Shown here in pieces: positions 1 through 8,217 of a stretch of DNA of 12,672 nucleotides; within the stretch, counting starts at the first letter, position 1, and every line of letters starts with the position of its first letter. A program made the translations under genes and the position numbers. Below the pieces are notes generated by a model. That model was not told where the DNA came from and searched no databases. It saw only the letters and a list, made by a program, of their open reading frames with translations. This DNA is from a virus. The stretch is taken from the UHGV virus genome UHGV-0126747; one strand, given 5' to 3'.

Positions 1-442
1 CATAGCGAAGTCCTTTCTTTCCTACCAGCATGTTTACTGCATCGCGTAGCGGTGTTCTTTCCTCAACAGTGGTTTTCTTTCCTTTTACATACTCGCCATG
101 TTTGCGAATTGAAGGCAGAACTTCTGCTGTTACCCACTTGCGGAATTTGTGCGGGACTGAACCTTTATTGACTGCATCGCGGCAGCGCAGAACCAATGTA
201 TACATACCTGATTCGCTCACAATGCTTAGATTCTGCTCACCACCAAGGGTGTAACTTAAAGTTACTCCCTTTTCATCGTCATCAAGTGCAGTAAGCGCCT
301 TGCGTGAGTTAGTCAAATCTAAAGCATCACAAACATCTTTAGCTACAAACCACAGCTCACCGCACTTGTTGATGACGCGGATTTCACTGTCGCCGAATTT
401 GAAGATGGTGAAATCGTTTTGTGCCTTTGCTATACTTTTCAT
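1..442 (-). CDS. ant: Antirepressor Ant, N-terminal 147 codons; the gene continues past the left edge of the window
   Basis: Hand translation of the minus strand from ATG at 442-440 gives MKSIAKAQNDFTIFKFGDSEIRVINKCGELWFVAKDVCDALDL... with no stop down to position 2. AGGAAA Shine-Dalgarno lies 8 nt upstream. It sits directly downstream of arc, as in the P22 immI operon. It is absent from the ORF track because it has no in-window stop. Confidence 0.8.
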   Translation of the reverse strand, partial: MKSIAKAQNDFTIFKFGDSEIRVINKCGELWFVAKDVCDALDLTNSRKALTALDDDEKGVTLSYTLGGEQNLSIVSESGMYTLVLRCRDAVNKGSVPHKFRKWVTAEVLPSIRKHGEYVKGKKTTVEERTPLRDAVNMLVGKKGLRY

Positions 443-510
443 GTCAATATTTCCTAATCCGATTTGTTGATGCCGAAGCCCTGACTGTTACAGCAGTTGG
501 GGCTTCAACT
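443..510 (+). ncRNA. sar: Candidate sar-like antisense RNA, complementary to the ant ribosome-binding site and the arc-ant intercistronic region
   Basis: Plus-strand extended -10 TGcTATACT at 428-436 would start transcription near 443, antisense to the ant SD and start codon. A hairpin (stem 475-481 with 500-506) followed by a short T run at 510-512 sits about 68 nt downstream. P22 is known to make a 68-69 nt sar RNA in this position. No strong -35 is seen and the 3' U-tract is weak. Confidence 0.4.
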
Positions 511-672
511 TTACGCACCAATGCGCCCTTCCTTCTTAAAGCTTTCCATTACTCGCTGATAAATCTCAGAATTAACAGACCGACCATTTTCTTCCGCCAC
601 CTTGCGTACCAAATCCAATACTTCTTTAGGCCACCGCAAATTGAACTGTGGCATTTTGCTCATTCCTTTCAT
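511..672 (-). CDS. arc: Arc repressor (ribbon-helix-helix), 53 aa
   Basis: Internal ATG of the 74-aa track ORF gives MKGMSKMPQFNLRWPKEVLDLVRKVAEENGRSVNSEIYQRVMESFKKEGRIGA, which I recognise as P22 Arc with at most one or two substitutions. GAGGTG Shine-Dalgarno lies just upstream. The part of the track ORF upstream of this ATG overlaps the operators and is not coding. Confidence 0.9.
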   Translation of the reverse strand: MKGMSKMPQFNLRWPKEVLDLVRKVAEENGRSVNSEIYQRVMESFKKEGRIGA

Positions 673-686
673 GTTCACCTCACAAT

Positions 687-707
687 ATAGGTCCACGGTG
701 GACCTAT
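687..707. promoter_or_regulatory. Mnt operator, a perfect 21-bp palindrome ATAGGTCCACGGTGGACCTAT
   Basis: The palindrome is read directly from the sequence and matches the P22 Mnt operator as I recall it. It overlaps the predicted Pant transcription start. Confidence 0.85.
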
Positions 708-740
708 TGAGAATATAGTAGAGTGCTTCTATCATGTCAA
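704..740 (-). promoter_or_regulatory. Pant promoter: -35 TTGACA (735-740), 17-bp spacer, -10 TATATT (712-717) on the minus strand; start predicted near 704-706
   Basis: Consensus -35 and near-consensus -10 with ideal spacing, read from the reverse complement. The Arc operator fills the spacer and the Mnt operator covers the start site, which is the known P22 arrangement. Confidence 0.75.
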
Positions 741-743
741 TAC
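707..743 (+). promoter_or_regulatory. Pmnt promoter: -35 TTGAGA (707-712), 17-bp spacer, -10 TATCAT (730-735); divergent from and overlapping Pant
   Basis: Sigma70-like hexamers with 17-bp spacing about 28 nt upstream of the mnt start. Its -35 overlaps the Pant -10 and its -10 overlaps the Pant -35, giving face-to-face promoters. Confidence 0.55.
715..735. promoter_or_regulatory. Arc operator (plus strand ATAGTAGAGTGCTTCTATCAT, reverse complement ATGATAGAAGCACTCTACTAT)
   Basis: Read directly; matches the 21-bp P22 arc operator from memory. Located between the -35 and -10 of Pant. Confidence 0.85.
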
Positions 744-762
744 ACTAACTTGGAGTGATGGC

Positions 763-1017
763 ATGGCTAGAGATGATCCGCACTTTAACTTCCGTATGCC
801 TTTGGAAGTAAGAGAAAAATTGAAATTAAGAGCCGAGGCTAACGGAAGGTCAATGAACTCTGAGTTATTACAAATCGTTCAGGATGCACTATCAAAACCA
901 TCACCGATTACAGGATATCGCGACGAAGCTGAACGCTTGGCTGATCAGCAGGCTGAGCAGTTCAAGGCTATAGTGTTTGAGACACTTAAAAAGATTTATG
1001 AAAAGGATTTGAAATGA
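763..1017 (+). CDS. mnt: Mnt repressor (maintenance of lysogeny; represses Pant)
   Basis: Track ORF MARDDPHFNFRMPLEVREKLKLRAEANGRSMNSELLQIVQDALSKPSPITGYR... is recognisably P22 Mnt (RHH N-terminal domain, divergent C-terminal tail). GGAG Shine-Dalgarno at 752-755, 7 nt before the ATG. Confidence 0.9.
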   Translation: MARDDPHFNFRMPLEVREKLKLRAEANGRSMNSELLQIVQDALSKPSPITGYRDEAERLADQQAEQFKAIVFETLKKIYEKDLK

Positions 1018-1349
1018 GATTTCTATCACTGTTCTTGTTAGCAGTTGTCTCTTCTTCCAGTGCTGAGCTGCGCGAGCTTCAAACGGGTAATGACCTTCTT
1101 TACAACATTCAACAAGGTAAAAAGGGTGATGATTTTTCATCGCTTTACATTACTGGATATTTGCGCGGAGTAACTGACTCATTGATACTAATTGGTTCTC
1201 TATGTCCTCCTGATGGCGTTGACATGTATCAATACACCGATATCGTTGAGAAATATCTAAACAAAAACCCAGAATCAAGAAATGAGAGTGCAGTTATACT
1301 AACCGCCCTAGCAGTAGGAAAAACATTTCCGTGCAAAAAGAATCAATAA
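1014..1349 (+). CDS. Hypothetical small secreted protein (111 aa) with N-terminal signal peptide; moron, possible lysogenic-conversion or superinfection-exclusion function
   Basis: Start ATG overlaps the mnt stop (ATGA at 1014-1017), indicating translational coupling. N-terminus MRFLSLFLLAVVSSSSA is a typical Sec signal peptide without a lipobox. Two Cys residues in the mature part. The DNA is visibly more AT-rich than the flanking phage genes. Confidence 0.6.
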   Translation: MRFLSLFLLAVVSSSSAELRELQTGNDLLYNIQQGKKGDDFSSLYITGYLRGVTDSLILIGSLCPPDGVDMYQYTDIVEKYLNKNPESRNESAVILTALAVGKTFPCKKNQ

Positions 1350-1364
1350 CAATAAGGGCTTAAA

Positions 1365-1754
1365 ATGAAATTGATTATAGCAATGGCTTTCCTTGTCTTC
1401 TCTTTTTCTGTCTCAGCAGAGTGCTGGGTCGTTGGAGATATGCACGGAATAAGCTATTCAGAACGAAATAATTTTCAACCGGAAGAAGATGGTTTTAGTG
1501 GAACATTCATCATTAAGACAAACGGTGAAGATGCCAGTATCACATATTCTGGGACGGATGCGGGCGGCATGGCTTACAAAGCATTGTCTAAAAACTCCAT
1601 CATTGGAATCGGCGCGAATGGCGAAACTCAACGAGTTATCGACTCATGGGTAATACATCCTAATGGAACAGTTTTAATGTCGAAAACCATTTCTGGTTAT
1701 GGGAATATGGATTCAACCAAAGCTTTTGTTGGAAAAGTAAAAAGAAAATGTTAA
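1365..1754 (+). CDS. Hypothetical small secreted protein (129 aa) with N-terminal signal peptide; Gly/Ser/Thr-rich, likely beta-rich fold
   Basis: AAGGG Shine-Dalgarno about 7 nt upstream of the ATG, 15 nt after the previous stop. Signal peptide MKLIIAMAFLVFSFSVSA. Cys immediately after the predicted cleavage site and Cys as the last residue. AT-rich like the preceding ORF. Confidence 0.6.
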   Translation: MKLIIAMAFLVFSFSVSAECWVVGDMHGISYSERNNFQPEEDGFSGTFIIKTNGEDASITYSGTDAGGMAYKALSKNSIIGIGANGETQRVIDSWVIHPNGTVLMSKTISGYGNMDSTKAFVGKVKRKC

Positions 1755-1778
1755 CGATTGAATCCAATTCCCCATACG

Positions 1779-3617
1779 TTACTGCTGTGTTGCCTCAGTA
1801 GCAAGCAGCGGCCTGATGGCATTTGCAGCGTTACTCAACGCTCTTTCATAGGCTGGCGTTCCAGCTTTAGTGTTTGCCAGACGTAAGAGAGCATTCCTTG
1901 CTGCTTTGGACTCATACAAACGCATCATTGCACCAAAGCCAGCCTCAAGCCCCATTGATACACCAAGAGTCGCAGTTGCGCCAATCGTCCTTATCCTGTT
2001 GGCTTGTGATTGCCCCGTCTGAGTTACTACATTTGCGGTGTCTGACCTTGCTGTTTGCTGTAGAACTTCATGAAGAGCATCAAGCTCTTTCATGTGCTTT
2101 CCAGAAAAAATAGTGTTGTAAATTTCACCGCCTGACTGAGATTTCAGCTTATTAACTTCAGTGATGAACTTGGCTGGAGAGTCACCGGCCTTTTCCGCTA
2201 TTTTGCTGACGTAAGCTGCACGCATAGCATCTTTCCCTTTATCATCCATGGCGCTCCATATTCGTTTCACGTCAGATGGTTTTCTGCTTAATACAACGGT
2301 ATTTATAAGTTCAGGACTGGCTTCACTGCTTGCCTTGTTGAGCTTGTTAGCAATGTTTTTATTAAGCACCTTATTATAAACGTTTGCATAATCGGAATTT
2401 GCTTTAAGGTATTTTGCTGCGTCTGATGCACCGAGGTTTTTAGCAACTGCGTTACGAAGGTCTTTTGACATTGCATTCTCTACCATATTGGTAGCTGCTT
2501 TTGCCTGGTTGGGGAAGACCATAGCATCTCCCTGAACATTAGATCTAAATGCTGTTCTGTGCTGACGCAAGAGATCAAACGTAACATCCAAATCAGTTGC
2601 AGGGTTTGCTAATTCTTCACGTAGGTTACGCAAGGATGTAAGCAGGCTTTGATTGGCAGACGTCCCAAGCCGTTCCTGTCTTGCGATCGCTGTATTCAGA
2701 GCATTCATGGTATTTGTGGTATCAACTGCGGCATTACCCATTTTATTGGTGACGTCATTGATAACAGCGCCAGCGGCATCCTTCCGCCCCCTTAACGTGG
2801 TGGTAAGAGATTTCACCACATCATCAGGGTTGTACTCACCAAAACGGTCAAAATAATTACTTACCAGCTTACTACGCGTTGCATATTGCTCCGCTCGCTT
2901 TGAGCCTGTCCCGAGCAAAGCCCCCTCGGCATCCTGAGTTAGGCCGCGAGTGAAAGCATTTTTCGGCGGGATAACATCAGATGTCATTGGTGTCACGCCC
3001 ATCGATTCTGATGTGGCAATTTTCTTCGCCACTTCTGGCGCAATATCACCTTTTATAGCCGTTATTCCACGCCCTATTCCCTTTGCTGCTGCGGAAAGAA
3101 CACCCTGAGTGGCAAGGTTAACTCCGGCATTTTTAGCTGCATTTTGTGCGAAATCGCCTTTCTGATTTGCGGCCTCTGCCAGTGATCCAATAGCCATGCT
3201 TCCTGCCGTTCCAACTCCTGGAACTAAATACCCACCAATTGTTTCACCGGCTTGCGCGTAGGGGTCTGTCGGTCTGTCTACTGGACGATAAACATCATCC
3301 AAAACCTTGGGTCCACCAAGCCCCTGACTGATTGCATTAATCAGACTTGCGCCGCCCTGCAATACGTCAAATGGTATGTTTACCAGACCACGACCAGCCT
3401 GTTCTGCAATTTGCCCTGCACTTTGACCACCAGTGAGCCAATCGCCAGCTTGTTGCATCAATGATGATTCTTCCCGTGTTGGTGCATTATTGGCCTGATT
3501 AACTGTTTGTTGCTGAACAGCCTGACCAGCAAAATACTCATCAATGGCGGTGCCAATATCTTCGGTGCTCGTACCATCAGGAAAGGTAAATGTCTTACCG
3601 TTTGCAGTTACTTTCAT
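1779..3617 (-). CDS. Ejection (DNA-transfer) protein, gp16-like by position and size; 612 aa from the second of two tandem ATGs
   Basis: Long open frame ending 24 bp from the convergent plus-strand cassette. The start overlaps the upstream stop in ATGATGA, with GGTGG upstream better spaced for the second ATG. Ala/Gln/Asn/Gly-rich composition typical of podovirus ejection proteins. It is the last late-operon gene before the immunity region, as gene 16 (609 aa as I recall) is in P22. The product call is by synteny and size, not by recognised sequence. Confidence 0.7.
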   Translation of the reverse strand: MKVTANGKTFTFPDGTSTEDIGTAIDEYFAGQAVQQQTVNQANNAPTREESSLMQQAGDWLTGGQSAGQIAEQAGRGLVNIPFDVLQGGASLINAISQGLGGPKVLDDVYRPVDRPTDPYAQAGETIGGYLVPGVGTAGSMAIGSLAEAANQKGDFAQNAAKNAGVNLATQGVLSAAAKGIGRGITAIKGDIAPEVAKKIATSESMGVTPMTSDVIPPKNAFTRGLTQDAEGALLGTGSKRAEQYATRSKLVSNYFDRFGEYNPDDVVKSLTTTLRGRKDAAGAVINDVTNKMGNAAVDTTNTMNALNTAIARQERLGTSANQSLLTSLRNLREELANPATDLDVTFDLLRQHRTAFRSNVQGDAMVFPNQAKAATNMVENAMSKDLRNAVAKNLGASDAAKYLKANSDYANVYNKVLNKNIANKLNKASSEASPELINTVVLSRKPSDVKRIWSAMDDKGKDAMRAAYVSKIAEKAGDSPAKFITEVNKLKSQSGGEIYNTIFSGKHMKELDALHEVLQQTARSDTANVVTQTGQSQANRIRTIGATATLGVSMGLEAGFGAMMRLYESKAARNALLRLANTKAGTPAYERALSNAANAIRPLLATEATQQ

Positions 3618-5203
3618 CATTCCACCGTAAATTGAATGCCTGATTTTGAGGTATATGATCCAACCTGATTCCGTGGTTCTCCTGAAGGTGTCGAATCTTG
3701 TGCTGGCGCTGCGTCAGTATTCATTGACATATACCGCTTAACGGCACTCCCCAATGATTCACCTTTTTTAACATCCAACCCCAATATCTGACCGCCATTA
3801 CGCGATTGTCCAGGGTTGCCATTCGCGCTCATCCACTCGGCTTTAAACTCATTAAACTGCGCGTTTCGTCGCTCAAGGTTTGCCATTGCATCAAGCCATC
3901 TTGCGACCGTCTCAGGGTTATCCATGTCAGTTGGCGCACCCTGTCGAACGATCTCAACGTCTTTATCCGTTGCTGGGCCGGGAGGTAGGAATTTAAGAAC
4001 CTGACTGTTAACAAGGGCATTTTGGCGAATGCGCAAATCACGCAATGTTGTATCGCTTCCGGTAAGTTTTGCGAACATGTTCTGTGCGTTACCGAACAAA
4101 CCTGTCGTTGGTTTTTCTGCTCTGAACTGTTGAGCAAGCGCACTCATAGAATTGGCTGAGTTTGATGATGCTGTAGCATTGTTTACAGCCGTCTCGATGC
4201 CTTTTTCCATGTTTACTGACAGCTTAGGTGCTTCGCTAATCAACTGCTGAGCCTTTTCCTGCGCTTGCTGCATCTTAAACCCGAACTCTTGCTGATCCAG
4301 AGCCAAGCGTTGTGCTGCGATATTGTGCCCAGTCATTGCTGACTGATAGGAAAGGTTTTGCCCTCTCGCCTGAAGTGCTTCACCAGCCTGATTGCTGCGG
4401 ATTGTCTCTGCCAGCCTGCCTCGGTCAATTTCACGACCAGCCATATTATCCTGAACAGCAAACGCCTTTTCTGGTCCAAGCGCACCGAGAGACATAGTAG
4501 TCAGCATGTGTGATAGCTGCTCTGGATTCTGGATAACATACAAAGCGGCACCAACGGTGGTTGCACCTGTCAGGGAAAAATATTCAATCGTCGATGAACC
4601 AAAGCAGACGATAAAGTCTCGCCATGTACCTATGCCGATGATGCCGTCAGGCTGCGATTCTGCACGATATTGTGCGCTGTAGCGGTCAGGGTGCGATTCG
4701 TCTTCAAGGTCAGTGATAAACCATGAATCCGTGCCGTCTTTTGACCACGCATAACGCCCACGTAAACGCGTAATGTCGCGAACCGAACCTAACTCATACT
4801 GAGTGAATCCGCTGTCTGTAGGCCAGTTTGAGACTGTTTTAACCGTTCCATCATAGCGATACTCGACCAGTTGACCATTAACGCCTACCGCCTGAGATGT
4901 TCGACCATGCGCCATTGATACGCGACCACTTCCGGCAACATCACCGACCTCGCTTTCGCCCTTATACAACTTGCCACCGCAAACGCGATAAACAGCATTC
5001 TGCGCCATGTTGTACTCGACACCGCGCGATACACCATTCACATCAGAGCGTTTGGCAATGCCAGGGAATGAGCGAAGATATCCACTGCTGTTGAGGATTT
5101 CTTTGGGGGTTGCCAGCATATTCACTGGCAGATAGTCGATATAGTCAGCGTTTCTAAAGTCTTTGCCGACACCTTTCATAAGCGGAAGTTGCTGAATCGG
5201 CAT
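3617..5203 (-). CDS. Chimeric 528-aa protein: first ~220 residues resemble the N-terminal part of P22 gp10 (tail accessory factor); the remaining ~300 residues are unrelated to gp10, possibly the C-terminal part of an ejection protein (gp20-like)
   Basis: Start ATG overlaps the gp4 stop (TAATG). N-terminus [46 protein letters not shown]... matches my recollection of P22 gp10 up to about ...[14 protein letters not shown], then diverges into a Gln/Ala-rich sequence. The stop overlaps the start of the next ORF. Confidence 0.8.
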   Translation of the reverse strand: MPIQQLPLMKGVGKDFRNADYIDYLPVNMLATPKEILNSSGYLRSFPGIAKRSDVNGVSRGVEYNMAQNAVYRVCGGKLYKGESEVGDVAGSGRVSMAHGRTSQAVGVNGQLVEYRYDGTVKTVSNWPTDSGFTQYELGSVRDITRLRGRYAWSKDGTDSWFITDLEDESHPDRYSAQYRAESQPDGIIGIGTWRDFIVCFGSSTIEYFSLTGATTVGAALYVIQNPEQLSHMLTTMSLGALGPEKAFAVQDNMAGREIDRGRLAETIRSNQAGEALQARGQNLSYQSAMTGHNIAAQRLALDQQEFGFKMQQAQEKAQQLISEAPKLSVNMEKGIETAVNNATASSNSANSMSALAQQFRAEKPTTGLFGNAQNMFAKLTGSDTTLRDLRIRQNALVNSQVLKFLPPGPATDKDVEIVRQGAPTDMDNPETVARWLDAMANLERRNAQFNEFKAEWMSANGNPGQSRNGGQILGLDVKKGESLGSAVKRYMSMNTDAAPAQDSTPSGEPRNQVGSYTSKSGIQFTVE

Positions 5204-5680
5204 TATTCGCTCCCGTTATCGCAAGGTTCCTTTCGCTGGAAGTAATTCCAGCCGTTCCACTTCGCCAACTGGTTACCACTACCAACAGGCATACGGTTTG
5301 GATAACCGGACTTACATTTAGCGGCTTTTGCTCTGTCCATTGCAGACAGTTTGACGAGTCTCTCTTTCCCGTATCTGGCAGTGGTTATAAGTTTTGCAGA
5401 CGCTTCCAGCGCATAATCCGGAGCAATGCGGCAGGCAAGGTTGAAAATGACGGCATTGATAGCGTTATTTGATAAACCGTGCTCATCGCCCGGATCTGGA
5501 GCGACATCTGCATCAGCGAAAATGTAGCCAACGTTGATACCAGGTGACACATCACCGCCAAGCCATTCAGCCATCATCATTTCAAGGTCGTTGACGCCGT
5601 CTTCCATAGACTGCGGTTCGACATCGGTTAACGTGGCATTTGATGCCACACCGAGCTTACGTAATGCCGCAAGAACTAAA

Positions 5681-5703
<23 letters not shown>
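5203..5703 (-). CDS. 4: Tail accessory factor gp4-like (portal-binding, peptidoglycan-hydrolase family), 166 aa
   Basis: From the internal ATG at 5703: [47 protein letters not shown]... parallels P22 gp4 ([33 protein letters not shown]...) and gives the same length I recall for gp4. The longer 204-aa track ORF is an upstream extension through the repeat and was not taken as the start. Confidence 0.8.
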
Positions 5704-5953
<250 letters not shown>

Positions 5954-5965
5954 GCTTGTCTCCAG

Positions 5966-5989
5966 ATAAAAAAGGGAGCCGAAGCTCCC
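5966..5989 (-). terminator. Rho-independent terminator just downstream of the coat gene: stem GGGAGC/GCUCCC, UUCG tetraloop, U6 tract
   Basis: Minus-strand reading of 5989-5966 is GGGAGCTTCGGCTCCCTTTTTTAT: a 6-bp GC-rich stem with a UUCG loop followed by six T, starting 9 nt after the coat stop codon. Confidence 0.8.
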
Positions 5990-5997
5990 TCTGGTTA

Positions 5998-7293
5998 TCA
6001 CGCAGTCTGGTTAGGCAGACCAACACCAATTGCCTCTGGTCGTACAGCACATGCTGAATACCACACAGCAATACGGCACTTACCAGACAGAGTGTTGATA
6101 TCACCCTGCGTTGCGAAGATGCCGTTAACACCAATACCTGGAATGCTGAAGGAAGAAGTTTTCATGCCAGCAAACAGTTCATGGGTTACCGGAATCGGCT
6201 GAGACAGCAGGCGGATTGAGTCATCAGCCCAGAACACGTTAGCGGTGGTTGTTGCCACGTTCAGAACGTTTACCGGAGTGGTATTAGCAAGAGAGGTGTT
6301 TACGTTAGCGTAAGCCTTCTCTTCTTTTGTCAGTGACGCGTCATCCAGCGCAATCGGCTTCGGCGTGATTTCGATGTGAGTACTATCGATCACTCGGGTG
6401 ATTGAGAAAGTCGCATCATCAGTCAGCACGTTCTTCGCCATCTGAGACAGGAATTTCACACCAGTGAAGCTGATTTTGTCGCCGCGCTTAAATCCGGTGG
6501 TGGAGGATACGGTCACCGTTGCAACACGGTTGTCGACGTTCTCCTTGTTACCATCGGTATCAATGGTGTATGCCTGCGGCTTAAACTTCTGCGCTCCAGA
6601 CACAGTTACACCAGTAGCGGTTGACTTGGTAACTGCCGGAAGTTTCGGTGAGCGAAGAATTTCATCAAAGCCAGCAATCTGACGCTGAATAGTACCGTTG
6701 CGATACGCTTCTTCAGGAACGCGACCGAAGATGTCACCATCTACCAGGTTGCGGCCTGCTTTGCGGTAATCGTCAGGATTCAGGAAGTAACTGATGCCCA
6801 TATCGCGGTTTAGCTCACGGGAGAACATCAGTCGCTCTGCATCAGACACAAAATCCCATCCAGACAGGCCAGTAGATGGACCAATTGCGCGGGTATCGTG
6901 AACAACAAGCGAGCCCATTTCAGTTGCCTGTTTGGCAATTGCTGACTCAATGTTATTCGCCAGTTTTTTGGCGGATGCCTGGATGCGGCGACGGTAAGAA
7001 CGCTCATCACGCAGGTCATCTGCACGAAGCTCGAAGAAATCGTTATCCGGATCGCCCATGTTGCATTTCACGGAGAGTTCCAGAATCCCGGTTGCGTTGT
7101 CAGTTAAATCCCAGCCAGTCTGGGTTGGCGCTTCCTGCTCAACAGGCATCCACACGGTGTTGCTTGAACGCTGCATTGATTCTGCCGGAGGGGTGTATTT
7201 TGTCACTTTGGACGCCATTGGCGTCAGGTTCTGGACGGTTTCGATGATTTCATCCAGAGCATATGTGACCAGTTGACCTTCATTTAATGCCAT
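5998..7293 (-). CDS. 5: Major coat (capsid) protein, HK97 fold, P22 gp5-like, 431 aa
   Basis: MALNEGQ.VT.A.DEIIET... with full-length resemblance to P22 coat protein as I recall it. The start overlaps the scaffold stop (ATAATG). Confidence 0.95.
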   Translation of the reverse strand: MALNEGQLVTYALDEIIETVQNLTPMASKVTKYTPPAESMQRSSNTVWMPVEQEAPTQTGWDLTDNATGILELSVKCNMGDPDNDFFELRADDLRDERSYRRRIQASAKKLANNIESAIAKQATEMGSLVVHDTRAIGPSTGLSGWDFVSDAERLMFSRELNRDMGISYFLNPDDYRKAGRNLVDGDIFGRVPEEAYRNGTIQRQIAGFDEILRSPKLPAVTKSTATGVTVSGAQKFKPQAYTIDTDGNKENVDNRVATVTVSSTTGFKRGDKISFTGVKFLSQMAKNVLTDDATFSITRVIDSTHIEITPKPIALDDASLTKEEKAYANVNTSLANTTPVNVLNVATTTANVFWADDSIRLLSQPIPVTHELFAGMKTSSFSIPGIGVNGIFATQGDINTLSGKCRIAVWYSACAVRPEAIGVGLPNQTA

Positions 7294-8204
7294 TATCGAA
7301 TTCCTTTATTCAGTTGCGCCTTAAGCTTGCGGTACGTCTCTACATCCCCTTTGTTTGCTGCCGCTTCCATCTGCTTTTCAATCGCAGAGATATTTGCAGC
7401 AACAGCGTGTCCCTGAATGGGTTCATCAGGTAACGGGGCTTCTGAAACAGGCTTTGCTCGAGGCTTGAGAGTTAAACGTTCTGACAGTCGAGTGAGTTCA
7501 ATCAGCGCGGATTGCCCGTCCATCGCCAGCAACTGGCGTGTTTTCTCAGGATTAGCACCAAGGTGATACATGAGAGCAGCGGATTTCTCCGGGAAGAGGC
7601 GCATGATGTCGGCACCGACTGCTGGCGGCACCAGTTGCATGAATGCATCCTCTTTCTCCTGATAGTCAGGGATATTGAGCTTTTCCGCTGCGTCGTAGTG
7701 CTTACGGGCTGCCTCGACGTATTGCGCTGATTGCTGGGTGAACTCCTGAGTTTTGCGACCCTGCTCGGCGACAGCCTGGCTTCGTGCGTCCATAGCCTTG
7801 ATCTGCCATTCACTGTTTGCCTGCTGGAAGGCAGCCAGTGCGCGGCTCTGGTCATAGTCGTACTTAGCCAGTGCATCTTCGGAAAGATAATCGTTAGGGT
7901 CTGGTTGTTTCGGTAACTCAGGGTTCACCCGCAGGTGCTCCGGCAATTCTCCACGCTTAACCGCTTCCATCTGCTGCTCAAGCTCACGCTGGCGTTTGCG
8001 TTCGATGCGGCGACGGGCAAATTCAGCATTAGTTGCCGGGTCTTGTTTTGGTTTCTCATCGTCTTTCAGGACAATCTCGAAGCCTTCTTCCTGACCTGTG
8101 TTATCGTTGGCATTATCGACAACTAAGCCATCAGCAGATGCCGCTGCATGATTGCCGGACATGGTTAATTCTTCAGAAGCCTGAATGTCGGTGGTTTGGT
8201 CCAT
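7293..8204 (-). CDS. 8: Scaffolding protein, P22 gp8-like, 303 aa
   Basis: Same length as P22 gp8. Charged, helical sequence with the conserved C-terminal coat-binding region ...[17 protein letters not shown]. Located between portal and coat. Confidence 0.95.
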   Translation of the reverse strand: MDQTTDIQASEELTMSGNHAAASADGLVVDNANDNTGQEEGFEIVLKDDEKPKQDPATNAEFARRRIERKRQRELEQQMEAVKRGELPEHLRVNPELPKQPDPNDYLSEDALAKYDYDQSRALAAFQQANSEWQIKAMDARSQAVAEQGRKTQEFTQQSAQYVEAARKHYDAAEKLNIPDYQEKEDAFMQLVPPAVGADIMRLFPEKSAALMYHLGANPEKTRQLLAMDGQSALIELTRLSERLTLKPRAKPVSEAPLPDEPIQGHAVAANISAIEKQMEAAANKGDVETYRKLKAQLNKGIR

Positions 8205-8217
8205 GATTAACTCTCTC

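Noticed and set aside
30-254. 74-aa plus-strand ORF
   Set aside because: Lies antisense within the ant coding region; no RBS.
421-690. 89-aa plus-strand ORF across the arc-ant region
   Set aside because: Antisense to arc, which is confidently identified; it overlaps the operators and has low-complexity composition.
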